Part shown: one piece after another, positions 1 to 12,385 of the stretch
Layout: each line of letters begins with the position of its first letter
Numbering within the stretch: the stretch's first letter is position 1
Origin: Chrysomallon squamiferum
Lineage: Eukaryota > Animalia > Mollusca
Reading direction: 5' to 3'
DNA length: 64,000 nt
Assembly (NCBI GenBank): GCA_012295275.1
Contig: CM022672.1
Coordinates: 25,606,001-25,670,000 of the forward strand
Translations under genes and position numbers: made by a program
The notes under the pieces: model-generated
What the model was told of the DNA's origin: nothing
Seen by the model: only the letters and a program-made list of their open reading frames with translations
Databases searched by the model: none

Positions 1-52
1 GTTTTAATTATTAGTAAACCCCTTCTTTAATATCTGTGTCGTCTGCTCGCAG

Positions 53-2297
53 AGTTGGTTTACGCCAGGTTGTGGAACAAGTAATGAACGTCCAGAGTTC
101 TGGGACAACTCGACTGGGAGACTACATAAGCGCCGCTCAGTCCGGCCAGATAGACATTGGTGGTGCGTATACCGACACACTAGAGCAGAAACTCGCATAA
201 TAGCTTGACACTAACACTGCTGGGCCTCTCATACTTTTCAAAATACAGTATATACATATCCACTTCGCACTAATACTTTTATAACTGCAATGGGTTCCTC
301 TAGGGTGGATAGTGAGATTAAAAAGTATAGAAAATGATCACGATGTTATTTAAATTCAGCACTCACAGATTCCTCTCTTGTCTGGCTCGATGTATTCGGG
401 CCGCCTTTATATCACAACCACCTGTCGTTAAAATATTTTATATCTATTTTAATTTTAAAATCACCTCAATACAGAAACGATTCGTGTATTACGGTAAGTA
501 CCATAACACTGTTGAGGCGGGTTAGATAATTAGGTGGTCTGACTAGACAGGTTTGTACGAAGCAACACATTATCGTGTATTCACTGTATTTCAGTAACAG
601 TTTTTAAAAAATAACTACTATTATGCTTCTGCTTATAAACAAGATGATTCAAAAGGAAATAAACAGTTTCAGAAATTGGTTGTGATTAGAGATTATCCGA
701 ATAGCTAATTTAGTAAAGGAAATATTATGGTTATTTCAATTTTCTTACAAAATTTTAGTTAAATGATGAAAATAGATAAAGATATTTGAAATTTGAATTT
801 AGTACATACTGCACTGTCATACACAACACAGAAATGTCAAAACACTTCTGAAAACATTTAAGTTCCCTTTGAATCACCTTATAATTTTTTCCTTCCAGTG
901 TATTTAGTTTCATATTGCTTAAGCTTCCCTTTCTTTTTTTTTGCTTTCGCAAATGTAAGCCAATTTTTATAACTTATGTAATTAGGAAATATACTGAACA
1001 AAAAGGTTATGGAAAACGACATTGCTCAGAAATGAATCATTAACAAGAAAACCAATAATTATGTGTTTTTGTTGCTTGTCTGCCGTAATACACCGATTCC
1101 AGCTTAATGTGAAAGAATAATTTCATGATCCCTAACTTGTTTTGTTCAGTATAGTTTCCTATATAGCTTTTTTAAAGGTCTGAGATCTGTGATAATTTTT
1201 ATTTTTCATTGTTTTGTTATATATAGTAGTCTGTTACTTTTTAACTTTGATAATAAAAACTTAATTATCATTTGTTATGCTGTTTTCAAATTTTTAAACT
1301 AATTTTTCGGGAAAAGCATTTTCTATAATTTAATAATAACTATCTTTGAAGGTTTAAATAATAATAATACTTATATAGAGTGGTAGTGATAATATACGGT
1401 AGTACTAGTAGTTGCAGTAGAAGTAACAATCATAGTGATCGTAATGGTGGTAGTGGTAGAGACAGAAGTAGTAATATTAATCGGTATTGGTTGTGAGGAA
1501 CGGTTCCTGGATTTCAAAAAAGGGGAAAGTAAAATTTTCTGTGTGAAGTGAAGTTCATTACAAAGGGAAAAATCACCAATGTGCTTAAACAGGACCGGGT
1601 AAATCTAATCTAAATAACAAAGCAACCCTAACTACATTAAATACTAATAAATATTCTCTATTGCCTATTAATTTTTATATCGCTATTTTTGTCGTATTAA
1701 TGATAAAATTCTTTAGTTACTTAAACATTTTAGTAAGTAATCATAAGTGATAAAGGATAAAGTTAACAGGATCTTTAATCTCAGTAGATTTCTATGTCTG
1801 GTTAGCTGCTTGCATGTATTTTTTTTTTTTTTTTTTTAAATTAATTCAGTAATATAACATCCAGCTGAATATCTCTTTTTATTTTGCTATTTCTTTACGT
1901 TTATTTTAAAAAGGGTTAAAAGTGTTAGAATATTCAAACACGAAAATATGTATCAGTTATAGCAATTTGCGAGATATCGTTAAATGTAAATAAAGAATAT
2001 TAATTTTAAATGTCACCATCTTAAATACATTTCTCTAATGTACCTCCTACAAGCGTTTTTAACTTTATTTTATGTTAACTTTTCTCTTTTTTTCCCCCGT
2101 TTTTGTTTTTAATTTTACTTTTTGATTTTTTCTTTTTTTTTTTTTTTTTTAATATTTCTATTATTATATTATTTGTTGTTGTTATTTTTGTTAAAACGTT
2201 TGTTGTTGTTTTTATTGTTACCATTGTATTTAAAATTTTGAATCATTAGTGAGTGTAATATGTCTCTTGATAATTTACATCGATATTGAAAATCTAA

Positions 2298-2336
<39 letters not shown>

Positions 2337-3324
2337 ATATAGAAACAAAATCGAAAATTTGATTTGTTCTGCACTCTGGGTTAAAAAGAGATTACCTAAA
2401 ATAAACTTTATCTTGAAGACAATGACAAATATACAAAAATATATTTTCTATTTTATCACAGTCAAACACAAACAGTGATATAATTAACAATCCGTAAGAA
2501 CACCAAACCAAAAAAAAATGTGCACTAGACATGTTTTATTTTTGATGTTAAGAATCTAGCCAACTGTCAATGCGGATGATGAAAGGGGAGGTTTCTGCAA
2601 AGACCACCTACCAGAGAACCTCCCACGGGCCTATCCAGATTTCCGAGGTGTCCCCCGACGGGAGGTTCATCACCCTCGAGAATACGTCAACAGGAGATCA
2701 GCGAAGGGTAAATATATAAACATTGAAATATGTCGGGAAAATAAATTTAATCACAGATAAAATGTTTTAATTTCACTCAGTTAAATGTTTAACAGCGAAA
2801 GGTTAGATCGGAGTTTGATGACGTTGCTTTTTTAAATATTTATATTTTTCCTCAATCTTGAGATATATTTTTGGAAAGTTTAGTAACGTAGGTAAATGGT
2901 CGTTGATCTACGTATATTGGAAAATATGCAGTAGACAGGTTAATCGTTTTAAAGAAAAAAAAGAGAACAATACAATATGCTGAGAGCCAATATCATTAAT
3001 ATTATTACTGAACAAAACTCATAGAGAATATTATGACCATCACCGTGTTTTCTTATTTTGACACTCATTAAAAGATGAATGAAATATATATTTTTTTTTT
3101 TTCTGTTGAGTAGGTGGTATAGATGTTATATTGTCTGTATTGCAGGATGTTAGTCTGGATGGATGGAAACTGAAGAGAAACCTTGACGGAAAGATAGAAT
3201 ATGTGTACACGTTTAGAAATTTCACCCTACAGGCTGGGAAAGTAGTCAAGGTTTGTATAATGAATCTCCAACATTGACCCTGTGATGATGCAAGACTGCT
3301 TTTACGAAAAAAAATTATTTTAAA

Positions 3325-3423
<99 letters not shown>

Positions 3424-3706
3424 TCTCTCTCTGTGTCGCACTCTGTCTGTCTCCATTCTTCTCTCTTTCTCTAAGCATTTCCAGACAGTTAACAAAAATA
3501 TGTTACATATAGTGACGAGTGTTAATTCTTGTCGTATAAAACAAATATAAATATTTTAAAATTTCTTCTAGATCTGGTCACGTGGCTCTGCTTCCCAGGC
3601 AAGTCTGCACGACCTTGTGTTCAGAGATGAGGATAACTGGGGCACAGGTCAAAAGGTCACAACCGCTCTGGTTTCTGACAGAAGCGAGGTAGGATATCTT
3701 TTTAAT

Positions 3707-3737
<31 letters not shown>

Positions 3738-3957
3738 TAATTTTTGTTACTGAATGCACACCTGGATTGCTTTAAAATAAGATGGCTGTCACTTATCCAA
3801 ATGTTCATGGACCGGAAGTGTCTCGGTTAAGAAATCTTCAGCCTGTATTGGTTACACTGATATTTAGTTTAAAGGAATGAAATGAGAGTATCTAGCATGA
3901 TTTGTATCCGTCAGTATGTTCATAATCTACGTGAGACTAAGCTTAAATAGTAGCGAT

Positions 3958-3998
<41 letters not shown>

Positions 3999-4070
3999 TT
4001 TGTTGTTGTTATTATTATTGTTATTATTATTATTGGTTGTTGTTGTTATTATTATTGTTATTGTTAGTTA

Positions 4071-4113
<43 letters not shown>

Positions 4114-4199
4114 CATCATCATCATCATCATGTTATTTATTATTATTTCAGGAAAAAGCAACCCATGTCCAACGAACCACATATGCTGAAAATAAGTAA
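53..4199 (+). CDS. Invertebrate cytoplasmic intermediate filament protein with lamin-tail (LTD) domain (NF70/IF-A-like); 3' part, 5' end outside window
   Basis: Phase-consistent GT-AG exons 53-162, 2553-2707, 3146-3250, 3572-3688 and 4152-4199. They encode (R)VGLRQVVEQVMNVQSSG..., ...KGEVSAKTTYQRTSHGPIQISEVSPDGRFITLENTS..., DVSLDGWKLKRNLDGKIEYVYTF..., IWSRG...WGTGQKVTTAL... and EKATHVQRTTYAENK*. The post-rod VGLR motif and LTD motifs are typical of protostome cytoplasmic IF. There is no C-terminal CaaX, so this is not a lamin. Confidence 0.9.
3329..3432. repeat. (CT)n microsatellite
   Basis: Directly visible dinucleotide run in an IF intron; it explains the spurious poly-ER ORF 3040-3495. 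Confidence 0.95.
3960..4130. repeat. (TTA)n/(TTG)n/(TCA)n compound microsatellite
   Basis: Directly visible; abuts the acceptor of the last IF exon. Confidence 0.9.
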
Positions 4200-4220
4200 A
4201 GCCTCATTTATTTCACTGCC

Positions 4221-4282
4221 TGCGACCACCAGATGGCGCTACTTTTGTAGTCTAATATTTTCACCGCCGCTAGGTGGAGCAA
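4221..4282 (+). promoter_or_regulatory. Two tandem CTCF-like motifs
   Basis: CCACCAGATGGCGCTA (4226-4241) and CCGCTAGGTGGAGCAA (4267-4282) both resemble the CTCF core consensus, in the same orientation. Binding is not demonstrated. Confidence 0.5.
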
Positions 4283-6202
4283 CTTGCCAAGAGACTCATG
4301 CTGTGGTAGATCATTATTTTTTTGCAGAAACGACAGTTCTGTTGGCTTTCGACTTGTGTGACATCTTGCAGTCAACGCATCATGACATAATAGTAATTGT
4401 TGTTATTATTATATACCCTGCTTAAAATCGCGGCCTATTTATTTTTTCGCTCTTTGTATAAAAATTTATGGATACGAATTTTGTAAAATAAAACTTTTCA
4501 TTTAAAAAAAAAACAAAAAAAAGGTAATAAACAATGACCATATCTGTATAGCCCTGTGTATTTTTACCTTTCGTTGTATTTTTGGGGATCTGACGTGTAT
4601 TTTATTTTGAAGCACTGTTTGTCGTGGTGATGTGTTGAAGCAATGTTTCGTTGTTGCACATTGACACAGAACTGTTTTTATTTAGTTATTAAAGGAAGCA
4701 TCCTCTGCTGATTTGTATTAAAGGGAGTCGGTCGTTGATATTTTGGCGCCATAACTGGGAAAAGTAATTTACGATATTTTTTATTCTTATATAATTAAAA
4801 AAAAATATATTTAAAATTAATTTTTGTTTAAACCTTTAAATTCTTTATAGTTATAATTTATCTTGTTTAAAAAAAAAAAAGATTATTTGTAAAGAAAATA
4901 ATGTACAATAGTCAATTTTTAAAAGATAAACATTTTAGGGATATATGAAATTTAATTTTATTTCTTTATTTCGTCTTCTTTTACTTCTTTTTCCTTATGG
5001 TACACAGATTAATCGGATACAGGGTGAACTATTATGACCGATTTTCTTTAAATGATTATGCTTTGTTTTCCAATGATTTCCACTTTATGACGTTTTTTTT
5101 AGTATAAACATTAGCATATATATTTGAAGTACGTAATATATTATAACGCAGCAGTCAGTGGAAGGATATTATATAGTTTTCTGTTTGGTGCTACAACAAA
5201 ATAATAATAAAAACAATAATAGTAATAATAATCGTGTAAACATTGTAGACTTCAGTAATAATATTAATAATTATTATAATGTTAAATAAATGGTTGTGAC
5301 ATTTATACATTCCGTATATAATCATTCCATGTAATTGTATCTCTTCTCAACTGGTCTCATTACATAGTTTTCTTTTCTTTTTCTTTTTCTGTTTTGTTTC
5401 CTCAGAAAAAAAAGAAAAGTAAAACGATATCTCATTCGATATGTTAATGGAAGGGAGATAATTCAAATGATTCAGTTTTTTCAAATAAATTTTCAAAAAT
5501 CTAGATGACATTTGCTGGTTCTGAAAACAAAATAAGACAAAAATAAAAAACCCAGTATTTTGTTCGTGTTATTTTTAGTTTCTTCAATTTCAAAATACGT
5601 GGACTATGAAATCTTCATTACATTATTTCATATATCTTATATAAATTATGTTTTTTTCTATGTAAAAATATACAATAATATATACGATTAGCCGGGAGAG
5701 GATGTAAGCTTTGGCTAAAAATGTTCAGAAACACTGGACCAGGAATGCAGAAACAGAAAACACTGTACCAGTCCGTCGGACCAGTACCTAATAAAATTCA
5801 CTGATCCGCAGAATGTAATAGTGAATTTACTTGGAACAAAAGAAACGCTCAATTGACTAGTGACATCTTTTTATTCATACATGCAAGGTTTTCATCAGCG
5901 TTTGATTAACGGACTGGAATTTCTGCACTTCTGAATTAGCCATTAGTATCTAGACTTAGATATACGATCTGAATAACAGTGTAGTACCTATCTAGGACTT
6001 TCTACGATGTACGTCTATTTTAGCTTGAATAAATATGTTTTACACATTTTGAATTTTATTTGTTTTGTTTCAAGTGTTTTTTTTTTTTGGGGGGGGTTAT
6101 GTTATTGTTTTGTTGGGTTTATTTTGTTGTTGTTGTTTTGTTTTGGGTTTTTTTTTTTTTTTTTTTGTTGCTTTTCTAGATTAACCAGTAGATACGTATG
6201 GC

Positions 6203-6317
<115 letters not shown>

Positions 6318-6821
6318 TTTAACACATTATAATAAATTATAATGCATAATGCATCTGCGATATCTGTTGAACACCAAATTTAGAAAACAATAAGGAAGTA
6401 CAATAATTACAACGTAACAAAACAGTAACACAATGAAATTTCACATGCTATTTATAATATATTCCTTTTTATGTTGTTGTTTTTTTTGGGGGGGTTGGAG
6501 GTTTTGTTGTTGTTCAAATGCAAAATGTTATACGATCAAAAAAATAAATTAATTAAACAAGCAATTCATTTTATATTAAAATGAACATAAATATAACTCA
6601 TGAATCACATTCTTTCCTCTTTTTTTTTGTTTTTTTTTTCGAAATGCGAAAATAATCATACAATGAAAAAAAATATATATATATATATATATTAATTAAA
6701 GAAGTAATTCATTTTAAAATCAAAATAAATATAACTCTTTAATTATTTTCTTTTCGTTTTTTCTTCTCTTTTTTCCTTTTTCTTTTTTTTTTTTTTATAC
6801 AGAAAATTATGTTAACCAGTT

Positions 6822-9798
6822 TTAAACTGAATGATGACTGTTTTCGTCATTTTTATTACTTAAGTCCGTATCACTAAGTTGATCAGCGTTAGTCCTTGCT
6901 TCACAGTATGACCTAACTTCACTGTTCACGTGATCTCGCCGTTTCTGCGCCACATGTGCTCGTTTTCTCTTCTGCGCATCAGATACTTCCGGTGGAGGTG
7001 GCGGTATTAAAGAGTTCGAAATTTTGAAGTAGGTTGTACTAGAATCCTTTTCACATATCGCAAGAGTAACACTGTTAAATTTAATAAATAAATAAATAAA
7101 ATAACTACTAAATTACAGTTTTGGAAAATAAAGAAAGGGAAAAGAATGGTTACAAGATTTTGAAAGAATGTAAACTCTAAAACAAATATTAATCTGAGTA
7201 AAGAAAAAAAAAAGTGAAAAAATGGAGTTATTTATAAAAATAGAATTCGAGATGGTATTTTGTTTCTCGATTATTAGATGATAAGTAAATGAATTTCCAG
7301 TTAGATGTATAATCAGGTGATCTATATAAATGATAAAAATATATTTTACGTGCATTAAAATGTTTAAAAAATATTATTAATAATAAATTTAAAAAAAAAA
7401 AAAAAAAAAAAACACTAATTATTCATCTATTTTGATCTAATAAAAAAAAAAAAATAATAATTAAAATAAAAGTTTTTCCACAATTAAAAATAAATAATCC
7501 CAAACACACACACTCGCGCACATTTGGATTTTTTTTACAAATAATATATCTTTTTACCCTTTTGTCTTATGTCCGGGCAGCGTAATATGTTCACAAAACC
7601 GGTGCATTTGCTGCGGGCTGATTTCCTCTGTGACGTCAAGCGGTACAAAAAGTGTTTTGGGGTCACGTCGACTAGGTCGTCCAGAGACGAAGGTCAACTG
7701 CAGTGTCTCAGAATAGTGCATGTTCACGTCCCAGTATCCACGTGCTGCAGAATATACAACTAACAATGACATCATTTATTTCTTCTTCCTTTTCTTACTT
7801 TTTCTTTCTTTTTGTTTTCAATTGGTCAATAATAACATTATTAATCACGACTTTTGAAATTTAAAATAAATCATTGTTGATACAAAGAAATCGATAGTTT
7901 AAAAAACACAAAAACGTCTGTATTCTTCCAATTTTATAATTTAATTATCGCCGAATACCGTTGCTATTAATAAAGTATTATAATAGAATAATATATAGTA
8001 ATAAAATAAATTAAATTAATACAGTATATGGTAAATTCTTAATTATTATCGTGATGTCATTTCGTAAACTAATTTCTTAGCAGCGAAATTACAAAAATAA
8101 TTATTATTATTTTTTATTTTTTTTAAGAAATACAATAAAGTAATAAATAAATTACTTTCAAGCAGGTCCAGATAAACGTGGAATGCCAATTTTGTCTGCT
8201 CTTCATTTTGCGTCCCTCTCTTTAGAACATCCTGAAGCTAAGAAACAAATCAAATTTTAGAAACATGTTTAACACTACAGTCACTGCATTTTAAAATTAG
8301 TCTACCTTGGGTACCCAGTTCAGAAACCTCAAAAAGTATAAAGTCTTACTGATAAATATTAGAGAGAAGAAAGAACACTTTGATAAATATCTGAAACTCA
8401 GCTGTACCTTGAAGTGTACACGTGGGAGTATGAATAAATGGTCTTTACTTTTGCAAGTTATTATGTTGTTGTTGTTAGGCGATCTTATACTTCTAATAAC
8501 ACTATGTGACAAAATAATAACGATATCAGACACAAGAACGCCGCCATTTTAAAATTGGAATAGTGATGGGAATCAGAAATTGTTTTTAATAAAAAAAAAA
8601 AATTATTACTTTCTTTTGTTATTTATTTATTTGCTTGTTTATTTGTTTGTTTGCTTGTTCTTCGTTACTTACTTGCGTACTTATTTACTTACTTATTTTA
8701 TTTCTTATATTTTTTCTATTTAGTGTGAAGACATTATTTATTTAAGTATGCGACAAACAAATTTAAATGATCAGTCTCATAAAAAATTATATATCATCAG
8801 AAAGAGGAAAAAATGCAGATTAAAATGACACCCAGATATCTTTGATAACACTGATATAAACAAACTAACGAATTTTTATCTGAATAAAATTTAACGGTAT
8901 TTTTCCTTCAGAATCTATGGAGAAACTATGATTAATTTCAGTCATCTGGCAACATAATTCATCAGTTTTTTTCATCAAACCAAAATATATATATATATAT
9001 ATTGTATTACCAAAATGAAACTTTTGATGAATTCTGGAGTTACTAACATTCAAGAGTTTTAATTAATTAGTTGCACTACTGTACCTTACCACTTAATTAT
9101 GTAATTCTCAAAATTTCGACAGAAATTAAACCACTATATAAAAAGATCATTTTTCAAGACCGATAAATAGTAAAGGCCTTTAAATTTTCAAAATTTTGCT
9201 GACATTCACTTTATATATCAATAAATTAGCATAATTTGCCTTATGACTTCATTATAAAGATAACAAAAAATTCACAAAAATCTAACTTGCTAAGAACTGT
9301 CTTTGTAACCAACATCTTTATCGGAAAGAAAATATTATCTAAAACTGGAATATTATGCAACATAATTACTGAATCAAACGAAACAAAGAATTTTCAGATA
9401 ACATCGGCAGCAATGGTAGTCGCTACGGCCGCGTAATTCACTGAGAACACCACACATTTTGGTATCCAAAATTAACTACCTGCTAACATAAATATTCGTA
9501 TGAAGTTTGGCAGACTATGAGAGAAATGGATAATTTCTAACTTGTATGTGATTTAAAGTCCCGAATAAGGTGATCTTAGTCACACGACAATCATTTTTAA
9601 ACGGTAAATTTATCTGTGTATTCTCCGTTGTTTACCAGATATCACATATTATGGAGCTGCGGCTCAGAGACGGTTTTTGCCACATACCTACATTATTTTT
9701 GTATGCGATGACGTCCATCATTAAAAAAAATGGAGAAACTCGAACCTTTTGTTGTTATACTTTGTTATTAACTACGGTTGGACAACAAGCAACAACAA

Positions 9799-9847
<49 letters not shown>

Positions 9848-10007
9848 TAACTACACATTATCGTATCACTGAAGGTCCACTTTGAGACTGTTCACATAAT
9901 CACAATGTTAAACAACTTAAATTTCACTAACATTGACATTTTCATCCCCACAAAACAAAACAATAAAGTGTATTTGCAGATAAAATATTCTCTTTAGGAA
10001 CCAAATT

Positions 10008-10038
<31 letters not shown>

Positions 10039-10353
10039 ATTTGTATACCATGATTGTATAATAATTAATATAATATTCATTTATCGGATTAATAGGATTT
10101 CTTAAGCAATAGTAACAATGCAGTAATGAGTAACATTATGTAATTAATTTTCTCCAGACAATAATTTATTAGTTAACTGTTCAAGTCTAGTTACCCAGTG
10201 ACTCAATGTACCACGTGTTTATCTAAAGGTATTATGAAATCCTTTATCGGGCCCCTCGTAGGTCGAAAACACGTCAGTGAAATCACTTTGTTCAAAGAGA
10301 AACTATATACCTACTTTTGGATGCTGCAAATAGCTGTTAATCTCATTAGCCAT
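6822..10353 (-). CDS. TSEN15: tRNA-splicing endonuclease subunit Sen15 (~185 aa, 4 coding exons)
   Basis: Exons 10353-10315 (MANEINSYLQHPK), 8237-8156 (LQDVLKRG...KLAFHVYLDLLE), 7744-7558 (TRGYWDVNMHYSETLQLTFVSG...) and 7071-6822 (GVTLAICEKDSSTTYFKISNSLIPPP...*). All junctions are GT-AG with compatible phases. Motifs HPK, AFxVYLDLxE, W, LQL and TLAIxExDS match remembered human TSEN15. Confidence 0.88.
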
Positions 10354-10424
10354 TAGTACAATCAAGCAAAATTCAAAGCAGGAAAATACTTAAACCACAG
10401 ACAACACACACAATTTACTTTTCA

Positions 10425-10500
10425 CACCATTCGCCATTTTCCGTAATTTCTCGCGTTTAGCGGAAATTGGCGAACTACAGTGCAAAATGGTGATAATATA
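10425..10500. promoter_or_regulatory. Putative housekeeping (possibly bidirectional) promoter
   Basis: CpG-containing patch between divergent ATGs (10353 on -, 11240 on +). It holds a YY1-like CGCCATTTT (10432-10440), TCTCGCG, an ETS-like CGGAAAT and GAACTACA. Confidence 0.45.
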
Positions 10501-10860
10501 TTCTGAAACCACATCTGCAGTTTCCGAATACAGGTGTTGATTTAAGTCGGTTTCTTTTTACTATTTAAAGGGTTGATATTTCTAAATATTTTATTTTTAT
10601 TACTTTGGGAACAAAACAAAATTTATTAAATTGATTTATTAAGGAATTTGTCTAAATCCATAATTTATCAGTATTGTATTTAATCATTAATATACAAAAT
10701 TATTTAAGGTGCAAAATAGCTTTTCTTTATTTTATATATATATATATATTTACTACTATATATATAATTCACTTAGAATTTAAAATTTAGAAAATTATTT
10801 TTCCAGATCGTGCGTTAGAAGAAATATATGCATTTGAAGGCATCTGTTTTATCGAAATTC

Positions 10861-10940
<80 letters not shown>

Positions 10941-11239
10941 AAATAAATAATGTTTGTAGAAGTATTCAGTGTATATGTTCTTAATACGAGATATACTCTT
11001 AAGAAGGTACTATTGTTTTCATAGAAAATGTTAGCCAATGAAATCATCAAGTATATTTATGTCACATGACGAATGTTGTGATGTTAAAAATAGATTGACA
11101 GTTGCTTGGGTATTGTGCAAGTACTTTTATAAAACTACTAAACACTGTTGCATTGCATTTTTTTTCCCGACATTTCTCGCCTTCGGGCGACGCCGCACGC
11201 GTGAACACCACTGATTATATTTAGTGTAACTGTCTTGAA

Positions 11240-12385
11240 ATGGTGTCGGTTGGACAAGTAAACCTTGAATGGTCCATGCTGAAAATGTCGGATACTTTAC
11301 GAAAAGTGGATAGATCTTTTTCACTTCCTTGTAACTTATGCGGAGACAACCTAGCGGTAAAATCTGTGTACGTGGAACTACGTAGGCAACAAAACACAGG
11401 CAAAGATTTCAGTATCAGAACGCTAGTAATTCCAACCAAAAAGAAAATTAAGATAAATTCCTTCGTTGAAAACGATCCAAAACTTAAGGAGCGAAAACAT
11501 GTAACTCTCGATGTGGACATTTCTGTTGAAGAGGATAGACAGAAAGAAAAAGAAATGAAGAAGAAGAAGAAATGGAGAAAGATCGATCCAGCGGAGGTGG
11601 GATTTAATATAACACTGTTTCCGAGACATCAGGCTATCCCCAGTGTGGAGAACAATGGAGAAATTCAGGCAGTTTTAGAGAAAATTGATGAAGATTTTCT
11701 AAGAATGGAAGAAACATTGTCTATATATCGACATGCGCAGATGTTCGAAGGCAGTAACAATACTAGTCAAAGATATCTGCGTCCAGATCGTCATAGAAAA
11801 ATTAGGAAGGTTCATAAAGAAGTGAAAGACAGATATTGTAGAAATATCAGAAACAATGACGGAAGAAAAAAAATGTACGTACATCACAGAATTTTTAAAA
11901 TTGTTCGCTTGATAGCGAAACGAAACTATCTGCATTATCCATCGTCGAAAGTGAATGACTCTCCGAATGATCCACTGTCTTTAAGGGCAGAGACAAGAAG
12001 ATCTGAGAGGGGTGCACCAGCGCAAGATCTCTACCACGCTTTATATAGCAACAACGTCCCCACAGACATTCCTTCAGAGTTAGTGTCCGTTCTGATCAGT
12101 CTGCAACACAGAGATCTGACCCCAGAAGACTACGACACCCTTCTGCTACTCGACGACGCCCTTCCAGCGAAGACCATCTCAATGTCGAAGTTAGAATCAT
12201 TCAGGACTGATGTCGTTGATGAAATTAGCGCTGGTGACATCTGTTCAGTTTGTCTGGATCCTTATATCATCGGACAGACGAGAAAATTTCTTCCATGTGA
12301 TCATGTCTTTCATGTTAACTGTATTGACGTCTGGCTTCAGAACTCATCCATGAACTGTCCTCTGGACGGTCTCCCCTTAGATTAA
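11240..12385 (+). CDS. Intronless RING-H2 E3 ubiquitin ligase-like protein, ZSWIM2-like C-terminal RING (381 aa)
   Basis: Uninterrupted 381-aa ORF in AT-rich DNA. C-terminal LQHRDLTPEDYDTLLLLD is followed by CSVC...LPCDHVFHVNCIDVWL...CPLDG, a RING-H2 with Asp as last ligand. Confidence 0.85.
   Translation: MVSVGQVNLEWSMLKMSDTLRKVDRSFSLPCNLCGDNLAVKSVYVELRRQQNTGKDFSIRTLVIPTKKKIKINSFVENDPKLKERKHVTLDVDISVEEDRQKEKEMKKKKKWRKIDPAEVGFNITLFPRHQAIPSVENNGEIQAVLEKIDEDFLRMEETLSIYRHAQMFEGSNNTSQRYLRPDRHRKIRKVHKEVKDRYCRNIRNNDGRKKMYVHHRIFKIVRLIAKRNYLHYPSSKVNDSPNDPLSLRAETRRSERGAPAQDLYHALYSNNVPTDIPSELVSVLISLQHRDLTPEDYDTLLLLDDALPAKTISMSKLESFRTDVVDEISAGDICSVCLDPYIIGQTRKFLPCDHVFHVNCIDVWLQNSSMNCPLDGLPLD

Noticed and set aside
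4-198. Minus-strand 64-aa ORF, and plus-strand ORFs 7569-7763 and 38670-38855
   Set aside because: Antisense shadows of real IF, TSEN15 and dynamin exons.
2553-4199. Nuclear lamin assignment
   Set aside because: No basic NLS between rod and LTD and no terminal CaaX (ends YAENK); fits a cytoplasmic IF.
3040-4425. Long ORFs with poly-ER, poly-L, poly-Y or poly-I (also 33509-33959, 47026-47274, 51703-51995, 53024-53314)
   Set aside because: They are translations of microsatellites or low-complexity intron sequence, not genes.
6940-7010. E-box (CACGTG) and ETS (ACTTCCGG) motifs suggesting a promoter
   Set aside because: They fall inside the last coding exon of TSEN15 on the minus strand.
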